Source: Eledone cirrhosa
Taxonomy: Eukaryota
Direction of reading: 5' to 3'
Length of the DNA stretch: 64,000 nucleotides
Assembly: GCA_964016885.1 (NCBI GenBank)
Contig: OZ024747.1
Location: 744,001 to 808,000, forward strand
Position numbers and translations under genes: made by a program. The notes under the pieces were generated by a model. It searched no databases, was not told the origin of the DNA, and worked only from the letters and a program-made list of their open reading frames with translations. Of this stretch, positions 1 through 11,604 are shown piece by piece (positions within the stretch are counted from its first letter, which is position 1; every line of letters starts with the position of its first letter).

Positions 1-136
1 AACCAAATAAATATATATATATTTTTTTTAAATAAGACTCCAGTTGCATTTTCGATTTCATCTCTTTTTCTTTATACTTTCACTCGTGTAGGACACCTCG
101 GTTATTTTTCAATTTGTAAAAAAAACCTCACTTTCT

Positions 137-161
137 AATATATATATATATATACATATAC

Positions 162-205
<44 letters not shown>

Positions 206-206
206 C

Positions 207-250
<44 letters not shown>

Positions 251-251
251 C

Positions 252-291
<40 letters not shown>

Positions 292-292
292 C

Positions 293-363
<71 letters not shown>

Positions 364-370
364 CATATAC

Positions 371-467
<97 letters not shown>

Positions 468-482
468 CTCTGTATATATATA
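137..482. repeat. Compound microsatellite (TA)n interrupted by CATATACTCTG units
   Basis: Read directly. The same interrupting unit recurs at 2059-2176 and 5998-6450. Confidence 0.95.
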
Positions 483-2058
483 TAACTTTGAATAACTTTG
501 AAATGTTTTGGCCAGTATTGGCCCAGGCCATGTCTAACTTAATAGCACCACCTGGCGAAGTCTTTCAATTCAGGATTTGGGCACCATGGCCCATTCGAGA
601 AGAGAATTACTGTTTGCGGAGACATATCCGGGTGTGGGTGGTTTGTCCGGGATTACTTGGAGGAATTTGTCCAAAGACTTCTTGAATTTTGTGTGGTCAG
701 TTTCTGTTTTGACGTGTCCTGGTGTGATGTTGAAGAGAGCAGGGCCGATTGAGGTGAAATAATTGTGCCGTATTGTTGTTATGAGTTGCGATTTAGATTT
801 TTGAATGGGACGGATAGCACGGGGCCCAAGCCTTGGGTGTATCTTGAAGGCGATGCCAACATCATTTGGGCAGTGATGATGGAACATTTTCCACATCATG
901 CAGATAATATAACGCTCACGGCGACGTTGGAGTGAGTAAAGTTTCAGGTTTTCCAATCGACCCCAGTAGTCAAGGTCTGACATGCCATCTATCTTTTTCG
1001 TGATTGCCCTTTGAGGAGCTTCAAGTTTCATGATACTTTGTTTCGTGTGGGGAGACCACAGTGGACAACAGTATTCAAGGTGTGGTCGGGCGAAAGTAGA
1101 GAAGAGAAGGATAATGGTGCGGGAATCTCTCGACTGGAAGGTTCTGAGGATCCAGGAACACATTCTGCGGGCCATGTCAACTTTGCTGCTTATATGCGTG
1201 GTCCAGCTTATGTTGCTGTCCACGGTTACTCCCAAGTCTCTGATGTTGTTAGATGCCACGAGAGTTTCCCCGGAGGGAAGGGAGTACGGGAGTTTCAGAG
1301 CATCCTCTTTTCCAAAGTGGATCAGTTCGAATTTGTCTTCGTTCAGTAACATGTTGTTCTTTTCTGCCCATTGGGTAACAGCCAGTAGGTCTGACTGAAG
1401 GCTTATCCGGTCATCCACGCCATTGATGACCTTTTGGAGCTTGGAATCATCAGCGAAAATTTTAATGTTGCTGTGTTTGATGATGTCAGTGATGTCATTA
1501 ATATAGATGATGAAGAGAAGTGGGCCCAACACAGTGCCTTGTGGGACTCCACTACTGACTTTGGCTGGGCTTGATTTGACTCCCTCAACTACAACATGTT
1601 GGGTTCTGTTTGACAGGAAGCTCTTGATCCACTGCAGCAGCTTTCCAGTGACACCAATATTGGACAGCTTTCTCAGTAGAATGTTATGATCAACCCTGTC
1701 AAAGGCCTTGCTGAAATCAAGGTAGATAACATCAGTGTTGGAACCCTCTCCCAAGGCTCTCAAAATGTCATCAAAGTGATGCAGTAGTTGCGTCAGGCAA
1801 TCCCTTCCATTACGGAATCCATGCTGGTTGGAGTTCAGCATATTGTTACTCTCAAGGAAGTGGGTCATTCGCGATCTCACCACTCGCTCAAATACCTTAA
1901 TGATATGAGAGGTGAGTGAGATTGGACGGTAATTCACGGCAAGGGATTTGTTTCCCTTTTTGAAAACTGGGACAACAGACTGGGATAGAAGGTTTTCTGG
2001 CACATATCCAGCATCCAGTGAGTTCCGCCACAGATTGGCAAGAGGAGAAGCAAGTTGG
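483..2058 (-). mobile_element. 5'-truncated CR1/L2-group non-LTR retrotransposon (young copy)
   Basis: RT ORF on the minus strand, a short 3' UTR and a short tandem tail (CAAAGTTATT-like). Both ends abut (TA)n. A near-identical second copy lies at 48399-49409. Confidence 0.9.
570..2058 (-). CDS. Non-LTR reverse transcriptase (partial, no native start)
   Basis: Motifs [57 protein letters not shown], with no internal stop. The N-terminus in the ORF track is microsatellite read-through. Confidence 0.85.
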
Positions 2059-2100
2059 TATATATACTCTGTATATATATATATATATATATACATATAC

Positions 2101-2180
<80 letters not shown>

Positions 2181-3078
2181 AATGAATAATGACAGGTAGA
2201 CATCATAAAAAGGTAGTTTATTCCGTGTGCTTACAAGTGTTTCCACGGTGGTACTGCAGCCTAGTTCCGCTACGTGCAAATTCACAAGTATTTGCAGAAC
2301 TCGAATATCCAATGCTGTTCCTCAGAGCAGAATGGTAAATATACAATGTAAAAACCCTTAAGTGGGGTTGTTGGGGAAGATAGAGTGGAACAGGAAGAGA
2401 GAAAAGTAGGGAAGATGGAGAGAGAAGGAAAGATATGCAGGGGTTGGAGAAGTAGGAGAGAGTGGCTTGTAGATATCTTAATCAAAATGTTATGGTAGGG
2501 GTTTTATTAGTTACTTTTGGAGAGATGCGTAGATAGTTGAGGTCGGAATTATTTATTGCCCCAGAGGTCAAGTTCATAGATGTTGAGAGGGAGGTAGGTC
2601 AAAGGTGAGAGAGAGAGAGTGTAATGGATGTAGAGAGAGATATATAGGTAGAGAGGGGACAGATAAAGTATGTGGTGAGTGAACTTTTGGTTTTGTAGTA
2701 GTAATCTAGGAATTGTACTGAGTTACCATGTATAGTGATAAGCAGTGTATTGTCTTGTAGTGTGGGGGAGAAGAGAAGGTTGTTAGCTAGAAAGTGGTGT
2801 TGTAGTTACGGGTTCGAATGTTAAGTTATTTTATAGTGAGAGAATTTAGCTTTTAGTTTGTGGTTGCAGTATAATGATCGTTCAATTCTATCGTTAAGTA
2901 GTTTGGTTTTGGATTTTAGTATGTAAAATAGCTCAAGGTTACATAACCTGCAGTACTTCAAACCACTCCGATATGCATTTGCGCTGGAAAGTATATCCCA
3001 TTTTAAGGTGAACTGTTGGTTGTGTTCACGGAGTTGCTAGGTCTTGTTGGCGAGCGTGGTCACAAAACGGTGATTCTG

Positions 3079-5196
3079 ATGTTTGAACAGGACTTATTGA
3101 AAACTACCATGAACATTAAGTTCAACAGACATAGAAATAATGAGCTGCAGAACAACATGAAAGCACTACTCCGAAGATTGCAAAATACCAATGGAATTGT
3201 TGTGAAAGCTGACAAGACTTCTAACGTGTATACCATGGATATCGATACGTATAATAACTTCATACGCAACGAACTACACAAAAAATATAGAAAAACAAAT
3301 GAAACTACGCTAGCAAATATTAACAACGAGGCATACAAAGTGGTAAAGAATCTCAAGATAGACGATAGAACCGAGCCGATTATACCCGCTACCCCCACCT
3401 TCAACCTGAAGGACCATAAGGTAAATTTTGACTCTAACCCTAAGATTAGACTTATATGCCCTTCTAAATCAGACATAGGGAAAATTAGTAAACATATACT
3501 TGACAGAGTAATAACTCAAGTGAAAAAGAAAATTGAAATTAAATTATGGGGCAACACTAGCGAAGCAATTCGCTGGTTTAATAATGTTAAGAATAAGAAT
3601 AAATCTAAGTTTATACAATTTGACATAGACGAATACTACTCTTCCATCTCACCAAGCACTTTACGTAAGGCCCTATCGTTTGCTAAGGCCAATTCCGACC
3701 TAACGGAGGAAGAAATTAATATTATTCTCGAGGCTAGAAAAACCATTATTAAGTTCGATAACTGCTACTGGGAACGTAAGGACAGACCCACAAATTTCGA
3801 TATTACCATGGGTTCCAACGACTCGGCGGAAGTCACGGATCTCGTGGGAATTTACATAGCCCACATATTACATAGTAGATTTAGTAATCTACAGGGGGGG
3901 ATATATAGAGATGACGGGCTCTTATTAGTTAATAACTTGAATAACCAAAATCTTGAAAGGCTACGGAAAAATATTAGAAAATCTTTTAGTGAACTGGGCC
4001 TAAAAATAACATACGAATACAATCTTAAGGTAGTAAACTTTCTGGACGTAACTCTTAATTTAAATACCGGACAGATACGACCCTTCCACAAGGTAAATGA
4101 GAACCTTACGTATATTGACTTTAACTCTAACCACCCACTCTCCATGATCAAATCAGTTCCCCGGAGTATTTCTCTTAGAATCTCTCGCCTATCGTCTAAC
4201 TCTGATATTTTTAGCGAACATGCTGAATACTACAATAATGCATTAAGGAATGCTGACCACCGGGATACAATAGAATACATCGATAGTAATTTCCACAACA
4301 CACATAGCTCTACACGTAATCAAGGTATACGTAACTGGGGGACTAAAACACAAGCACACACACACTATACTACCAGACATACTAATAATAGAAGTTCACC
4401 ACCAAATAAATCACGTTGTAGAAAGTATATCTGGTATAATCCTATTTTTAATGCCTCGATTAGTACAAAACTATCTCTTTCATTCTTTAAATTAATCAAT
4501 AAACACTTCCCTAGTTCCCATAAGTACAGCAAAATTCTGAACTCCAAAACTATTAGACTATCATACTCCACGGCACCAAACCTTGAAGCATACATAAAAA
4601 AACTTAACTTAAGGCAATTAAACAACTCTACAAAACAAAACATTTTAGTAACAGGTGGGCAGAACGCAATATCTGCCTCCCAACCACTAAATGGGAGACG
4701 GGTATTGTACAACCCACCTGTACCGCTATCACAACCTATCCATGGTATACCCGCTACCCACAACAAAGCATGTAACTGCCATCTACCTGAAAGATGTCCA
4801 TTGCAGAATGAATGCCTAAAGTCCAACATTGTTTACCAATGCACGGTTGAATCGGACGACCAGAAATGGTATTATATCGGATCTACCACCACATCGTTTA
4901 AATCTCGCTGGTACCGTCATCGATTCTCAATCAATCATCAGAATCACCGTTTTGTGACCACGCTCGCCAACAAGACCTGGCAACTCCGTGAACACAACCA
5001 ACAGTTCACCTTAAAATGGGATATACTTTCCAGCGCAAATGCATATCGGAGTGGTTTGAAGTACTGCAGGTTATGTAACCTTGAGCTATTTTACATACTA
5101 AAATCCAAAACCAAACTACTTAACGATAGAATTGAACGATCATTATACTGCAACCACAAACTAAAAGCTAAATTCTCTCACTATAAAATAACTTAA
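3079..5196 (+). CDS. Penelope-like reverse transcriptase + GIY-YIG endonuclease (5'-truncated, open frame)
   Basis: KADKT, QFDIDEYYSSI, MGSNDSAEVTDLVG, YRDD, VNFLDVTL and YIDFNSNHP. Linker CNCHLPERCPLQNEC (CxCx5Cx5C). Endonuclease NIVY...YIGSTTTSFKSRWYRH and C-terminal CRLCNLE...CNH. Confidence 0.9.
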   Translation: MFEQDLLKTTMNIKFNRHRNNELQNNMKALLRRLQNTNGIVVKADKTSNVYTMDIDTYNNFIRNELHKKYRKTNETTLANINNEAYKVVKNLKIDDRTEPIIPATPTFNLKDHKVNFDSNPKIRLICPSKSDIGKISKHILDRVITQVKKKIEIKLWGNTSEAIRWFNNVKNKNKSKFIQFDIDEYYSSISPSTLRKALSFAKANSDLTEEEINIILEARKTIIKFDNCYWERKDRPTNFDITMGSNDSAEVTDLVGIYIAHILHSRFSNLQGGIYRDDGLLLVNNLNNQNLERLRKNIRKSFSELGLKITYEYNLKVVNFLDVTLNLNTGQIRPFHKVNENLTYIDFNSNHPLSMIKSVPRSISLRISRLSSNSDIFSEHAEYYNNALRNADHRDTIEYIDSNFHNTHSSTRNQGIRNWGTKTQAHTHYTTRHTNNRSSPPNKSRCRKYIWYNPIFNASISTKLSLSFFKLINKHFPSSHKYSKILNSKTIRLSYSTAPNLEAYIKKLNLRQLNNSTKQNILVTGGQNAISASQPLNGRRVLYNPPVPLSQPIHGIPATHNKACNCHLPERCPLQNECLKSNIVYQCTVESDDQKWYYIGSTTTSFKSRWYRHRFSINHQNHRFVTTLANKTWQLREHNQQFTLKWDILSSANAYRSGLKYCRLCNLELFYILKSKTKLLNDRIERSLYCNHKLKAKFSHYKIT

Positions 5197-5683
5197 CATT
5201 CGAACCCGTAACTACAACACCACTTTCTAGCTAACAACCTTCTCTTCTCCCCCACACTACAAGACAATACACTGCTTATCACTATACATGGTAACTCAGT
5301 ACAATTCCTAGATTACTACTACAAAACCAAAAGTTCACTCACCACATATACTTTATCTGTCCCCTCTCTACCTATATATCTCTCTCTACATCCATTACAC
5401 TCTCTCTCTCTCACCTTTGACCTACCTCCCTCTCAACATCTATGAACTTGACCTCTGGGGCAATAAATAATTCCGACCTCAACTATCTACGCATCTCTCC
5501 AAAAGTAACTAATAAAACCCCTACCATAACATTTTGATTAAGATATCTACAAGCCACTCTCTCCTACTTCTCCAACCCCTGCATATCTTTCCTTCTCTCT
5601 CCATCTTCCCTACTTTTCTCTCTTCCTGTTCCACTCTATCTTCCCCAACAACCCCACTTAAGGGTTTTTACATTGTATATTTA

Positions 5684-5806
5684 CCATTCTGCTCTGAGGA
5701 AACAGTGGTCACAGCATTGGATATTCGAGTTCTGCAAATACTTGTGAATTTGCACATAGCGGAACTAGGCTGCAGTACCACCGTGGAAACACTTGTAAGC
5801 ACACGG
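5684..5806 (+). ncRNA. Type I hammerhead ribozyme with extended stem II (Penelope pLTR)
   Basis: CTGAGGA (5694-5700) ... GAAAC-ACTT-GTA. Stem I is TGCT/AGCA. Stem II is closed by ACAGTGGT/ACCACCGT, with inner pairs CAGC/GCTG, AGTTC/GAACT and TGCAAAT/ATTTGCA. Confidence 0.7.
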
Positions 5807-5993
5807 AATAAACTACCTTTTTATGATGTCTACCTGTCATTATTCATTCTTTATATACACTCCGGAATACTGAAGGATCAGGAACTAAGTTTCTTGAACA
5901 ATTCTTCCATAACTCGTAGAGTAACCTCTTACCGTACGTCAACCATATCCAGTGTAGTAATTAACCATCACTGCATCTTGGATAATCCTATAC

Positions 5994-5997
<4 letters not shown>

Positions 5998-6072
<75 letters not shown>

Positions 6073-6186
6073 CTCTATATATATATACTCTGTATATATA
6101 TATATATATATATATACATATACTCTATATATATATACTCTGTATATATATATATATATATATACATATACTCTATATATATATAC

Positions 6187-6230
<44 letters not shown>

Positions 6231-6246
6231 CTCTATATATATATAC

Positions 6247-6341
<95 letters not shown>

Positions 6342-6342
6342 C

Positions 6343-6398
<56 letters not shown>

Positions 6399-6450
6399 CT
6401 CTGTATATATATATATATATATATACATATACTCTGTGTATATATATATA
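5998..6450. repeat. Compound (TA)n/CATATACTCT(G) microsatellite
   Basis: Read directly. Confidence 0.95.
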
Positions 6451-6623
6451 TTGTGTGTGTGTGTCTTTAGGAACAGCACCTCCACCGACTCTAGTGAAAT
6501 TCCTATCTTAACATCATTCATAGTCACACCACTTGACTTAGCAAATAGTACACATGTAGATACATAGTGTCACATACAACGCCGTATATAACATATTTGT
6601 GAATATTTTTAAAGCAAAGAAAA

Positions 6624-6790
6624 GCACACACACGCACGCTCACCCACTCACTCACCCACCCGCTCGCTCGCTCGCTCACCCACCCACCCACACACACGCA
6701 CGCCCACCCACACACACGCACGCCCACCCACACACACGCACGCCCACCCACTCACTCACTCGCTCACCCACCCACTCACTCACTCTCTCT
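6624..6790. repeat. Degenerate (CA)/(CACT)/(CACC)/(CGCT) microsatellite
   Basis: Read directly. Confidence 0.9.
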
Positions 6791-7167
6791 AAAGTAAATA
6801 TAACCAACAAGAGGCGTGGTTAGTTGACCCAATCTAACGGAATCAGTGATCTTCTACAAACCACATCTTACTGTCTTCTTTTTCTTGTGTATGAGACTTT
6901 TGCTGTCTCAGGTCATTCTTGTTTGTCTAATTGAGATCAGAGATCAATGTGACCCGCTGCGAGGAGGTCCACATCGTGTACCCCAATATCCAGCTGTCTT
7001 AATAAATCAACGGTGTATTGAACAATGTTGTCGTGATGGGTAACGGTTTGATAACGGTCTGACCAAACTCAGGTGAATATTCTTCGCTGATGGGACCTAG
7101 CAGGGTCGAAACATGTCCATCGCTTTAAAAAAATACATGTTGTCTTGTGGTTGATTGAATGATATAC

Positions 7168-7216
7168 ACGTCTTCTGATGACAGTTCAATAAAAACGGAA
7201 AATCGATTAAAGATGT
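7168..7216 (+). ncRNA. Minimal type I hammerhead ribozyme
   Basis: ACGTCTT-CTGATGA-[weak stem II]-GAAA-ATCGAT-TA-AAGATGT. This gives a 7-bp stem I and a palindromic stem/loop III. Confidence 0.65.
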
Positions 7217-7240
7217 CTATCATTTTCTCAATTTAAATTT

Positions 7241-7315
7241 TAATCAATTTCCGGATCTAATTGGATCCTCATCAGAAGACGTGTACATCATCCAACCAAC
7301 CATAAGGAAACATGT
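7241..7315 (-). ncRNA. Inverted degenerate hammerhead copy
   Basis: The minus strand reads ACGTCTT-CTGATGA-GGATC-CAATTA-GATCC-GGAAA-TTGATTA. Stem II is perfect, but the 3' arm of stem I is missing. It is an inverted repeat of ~7135-7209. Confidence 0.5.
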
Positions 7316-7864
7316 GATGGGTATATATACCCATTTGCTCATAGTATTATTCTGAAATGGACATACTAGTTTGCATATAATTAGCGCTTGTGTTGGTAAT
7401 TAAAATATATATTAAGATGTGTGCTAACATCCGAAATGTCCAATATACGCATCTGATGAAGGTTCAATTACATCAGAAAATCGATTACAGATGTTCATTT
7501 TTTTTAATTTACAGAAAAATTTGTATTTTCTGACATGTTTACTTACACATTGGTGTCTGTTACACACTCTGTATCTATACAGATATATCGTTATTATACA
7601 CTTCCACTGCTAGCGCACTTCTTAATCTCTCTCTCACTATCTATCTATCTATCTATCTATCTCTGGGATGGACACGTGTTAAACTTGCTCGGTAAGTTTT
7701 GTTTAAATTTCATTAGAAATTCATCATTGTGAACTTTTATTTTTATACCAATTTGTAGAGGGACTGACAGGTCAAATTTTGAGCTGGTCAGTCTCCCAAA
7801 ATATCGTGCCCCTCAGGGCAAAAACATCGAACATATTTTTGAAAAACACTTCAATTTTTAAAAA

Positions 7865-9035
7865 ATGGCCGAAGCAAAGGCACCTACTTCTTTGTCAATA
7901 CAAGAAAATGGGAAGGGAAAGCCATGCCTACTTGACCAGCAGGTAGTAGCAGACATGGACAAAGGAATGCCACCAACATTATCGCCTCAACATTTAGAAG
8001 AGGTACAAGCTTCAGTTGCTTGTAAGCAACTGAACACGCCTGATGTCACAAACGTCACATGTAACCACACACAGAAGGAAGAATGTGTAGCAAATACTAA
8101 CACCACCACAAGCAACGACAACAGCACTATAAATGAGAACAACAAAAGGAATCAGCGGCAACACAACAAATGAGACCATCATCACCACCTACAACAACAA
8201 TAATAAAATTTCATTTGCAGCAACCGTTGCTAAGCAACAGGATTTTAAATATTACCCCATGGACATTTCTCAAAGTCCCAATATTTGGAAGAAGCTTCCA
8301 ACTATGTGACGTTTGAGGGAGACACCCCACACATACACATACCCCCACAAGTAAGAGAGATGACACAGAAAAAGAAACTGATCTATAGAACAGTTGACAT
8401 AATTACCAAAAAACCCATAACGCTCCCAACAAGCACTATTGAAGCTGCACTAAAAGATATCAAGCCAGACGTGGCATACCTCCAAAGAGCTAAACAGTAT
8501 GGAAGTGTGTCAGTGCTCTTTAAGAATGAAACTCTGGCTCAAAAAACACTCAGTTCATCCAATAAAAACGGGTCAACACATCTTCTTACCCACATACACG
8601 AGAAGATCCTACAAAATAAAAATAACCAGGATCCCAGCAGAGGTCAACATATGGTGGACCCTACGCTGCATCCTGAAGAAGGGTGAGGATACCCTCCTAT
8701 CTGTAGACAGGACAGACTGGAATAACTGGTTTGGAACCTGCATCGAGGTTCTGGTACAAATGAAGCCAGAGAGAGTTGAGAAAATCCTGGAGTGGATCGT
8801 CCTTGAGGAAGATGTCATCTCCATTTTAGTGGAGGGGAAAATACTTCAGTGCCATAAGTGTAGGAAAACCACACACTTAAAGGCCTTTTGCCCTCTCTTA
8901 AACAAACCGAGGACAAACAAGGTGTTATTACCAACACCCAAGCCCCAACATCAACACCCCAAACCAAACACAACACAAAAACCTGCAACACCCACTTCCA
9001 CAGACCAGAGACAACCACACACAAAATCCCACTGA
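7865..9035 (+). pseudogene. ORF1 (gag-like nucleic-acid chaperone) of the Tx1-like element, frameshifted
   Basis: Three consecutive ORF pieces. Zinc knuckle CHKCRKTTHLKAFC (Cx2Cx4Hx4C) at 8850-8891. Confidence 0.7.
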
Positions 9036-9486
9036 AAATCTCTCCATTGCCTCCTCCCTCCCTGTCAAATATTTCCACAAACACCTGCCCCCAAACACTC
9101 CACCACATACCCCTTCCATCTACCCCTGATTCAGAAGTCTCAGACATGGGAACCTCTACATCTCCAAGTGAGAATGAAGAGGAACCCCAAAAATAAAAAA
9201 AACACAAAAACAAAAACATCTACAGAAAACATGCACACACCCAACCCCACCATAAACACACCGCCACAAACGACAAACACACCAAACACTTCAACAAAAC
9301 AAACACCCACACCACCACAATCACAAACCCCAACCACAAAAAGAAAACTACAAACAGAAACAGTACACATAAAAAACAAAACACATTACACATACATAAA
9401 AACAACAAACAAAGAACTAGTAGAAACTGTCCGAAAGGACCCTACTATCCAAACGGAAGGGAAAACCAGGACTGTGGAAAGCAGTC

Positions 9487-10854
9487 TTGGCCTATGCCGA
9501 CGACTTAACTGTAATGGTGTCGAAAACCTCGGACATTGGGGTAATCAGCAACCTATTACAGGAATACGAAATGTTGACAGAAGCAAGATTAAACCCAAAC
9601 AAGTATGTCGGTTTACAACTCGGCACATGGAGAGGCAAACCCATGCCTTCCGACAGTGTCGTTGGATGCTGGACGGAAGGACCGGTGAAATTGCTCGGGG
9701 TCTGGTTTGGTCCAGACCTCCAGGTGGATAAGAACTGGAACGAGGTCACGGCGAAGATGTTTGCACTCACCCAGAAGTGGGCTGAGTTCAAACTCTCCTT
9801 GAAAGGTCGAGCGGAGGTGGCGAACACTTACATAGCGTCCGTCATCTACTACCGCTTGACAGTTGTGCCTTGTCCCCGCGAATACCTCACCAAAATGGAA
9901 TGCCTACTCTTCAAGTTCCTCTGGAAGAAACAGGCTCCATTGGTGAGGAGATCCATCTGCTGTCAACACCCTTCTAATGGAGGGCTGGGCATGCCATGGC
10001 TGATGATGCACAAACACACGCTGAGTCTACGCCATCTCCAGGTATTCCTGACCGACGAACCGGTGTGGCTGTCGTTTGTAAGATGAGCTCTTCCACAACT
10101 CATCTCACTAACAGAGCTATAGTCCTGGGTCAAGCGAAGACCAAAAATGGGCGCCTGGCACCTCGAGTGTCTTCAGGCGCTCACAGTCCTCTACCATCTA
10201 ACGGCAATCAGCAGAGACTCCACTTCGACATTCTATAGGGGATTAGTGGAGGATAAATGCGACGACGTTCTCGGGGAGACTCTAGGCATTGAGGAAGACG
10301 AACTGACCAGTCTGTTCGGGAGGACTTTCCGTCCAAGGCCTATGGATAACTTCCAGAGGTCTCTGGCCTGGCAGTGCTACCGAGGAGCTCTACTAGTTCG
10401 AGACAAAATCTACAGGCATGGGCTCCCTGGCAGAGATCCTGCCAAAAGGACCTGTCCAAGATGCGAGCAGGACATCAAAACCGTTCTGCACGCAATTGTT
10501 CAGTGCCCAGGGGTGACCGACCTGTGGAATTATGTCGAACAGCTACTGTCATGTGTAGGACGTATCCAGTTGTCAGCCGAGTCCATCGTGAGGATCACCC
10601 CGCTGCCTTCATTTAAGAATGAAGGAGAGGCGGTCTTCCTCTGTCTGGTGGCTATGGTGAAAGTGGTTAAAAGGACTGAGGGCAAGCACCTTTCTCTCCG
10701 GACAACAACTCATCTCCTTCTTTAAGTACCACTTCAGAAGGAAGGTGAAAGTGGAGAGAGAGGTGCTACACCCCAGTAAATTCGCTGAAAGTTGGGTGAA
10801 TGTGGCGAAAATGGCCCTGGTGAATGGGCCTTCTCTATATAAACCTGTAGGTTG
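9487..10854 (+). pseudogene. C-terminal half of ORF2 (RT from YADD onward + zinc finger), disrupted
   Basis: YADD motif, stop at 10084-10086, later frameshifts. The C-terminus is homologous to 50332-50736. Confidence 0.8.
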
Positions 10855-11462
10855 AGGAAAATAAACAGAGGGAAGACGGGAACACCTACAAAATGTGTTC
10901 CTGGTGTTGAGGGTTGTTCTATCCACAGGGTGTAAAACAACCCCGCAGTAGCGTTACCCCCCCCCCCCCCCAATTGGGATTTCAATTTTATTTTTATATA
11001 GTTTGTTATTTATCATTGTTAAAGATTTTATGTAAAACCCCCACCGTCACATCTTGTAATGTCCTATTTTTGTACGACCCTGTGGCAAATAAAGAGAGAT
11101 ATCTATCTATCTATCTATCTATATATATATATATATATATATACATATATAGCACTTGATAATGTTTAAAAAAAACAAAAGCTCCCAGGAGTAGAAATAA
11201 TCCAATCGTAAACAACTCAATAAGATAAAAAAAATCTCTATCGGAGTATTGATATATGAAATATATATAATAGTGTGTTTTATATATCACATTTGGGAAG
11301 TTGGTGGAAGTACTTCTAGACAGACATGAAGTTATCGGGACATCAGAAATACACGTATACCCACAAGTTAAGGGCCTGGGTTATAAGCACTTTTATATAT
11401 ATGTAGAACAAAGGTCTTACATTAACATGTCAAATAGATTGAAGAATAACTTATTATATATT

Positions 11463-11604
11463 GCGGTATGTGGTTGACGTCTGAGAGAAAGAACTACTCA
11501 ATACTGAAGTAGAGCTTAATATTCATTTTATTAAGGCTAAATTTCATTAAGGCTCTGTAATAATCAAGTGAAACTTCAGAGTAATCAGACCCACTATTTA
11601 GTCT
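11463..11604. repeat. Member of a short fold-back repeat family (also 27468-27610, 29090-29230)
   Basis: Shares GAAACT(C/T)CAGAGTAA-C..ACTATTTAG and the CTCTACTTCAGTATTGAGT...AACCACATAC block, the latter in opposite orientation here. Confidence 0.6.

Larger units (their letters stand above)
2172..5997 (+). mobile_element. Penelope-like retroelement (Naiad-type) with inverted 5' segment
   Basis: 2172-3081 is the reverse complement of ~4936-5857. The element has an RT+GIY-YIG ORF, and its 3' pseudo-LTR contains a hammerhead motif followed by AATAAA. It is flanked by (TA)n. Confidence 0.9.
7663..11097 (+). mobile_element. L1/Tx1-like non-LTR retrotransposon, internally deleted and degraded
   Basis: Frameshifted ORF1 with a CCHC knuckle. 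ORF2 remnant runs from LAYADD through VKLLGV, LSLKGR, GGLGMP and a C-terminal CPRC...HAIVQC finger. AATAAA at 11088. (TATC)n on both sides. Confidence 0.85.

Noticed and set aside
3016-3078. ORF-track start of the Penelope protein
   Set aside because: It lies in the inverted segment (antisense of 4936-5000) and begins at TTG, so it is not the native N-terminus.
3079-5700. Selenoprotein/SECIS as in some Naiad elements
   Set aside because: There is no in-frame TGA in the ORF, and I could not identify a convincing SECIS.
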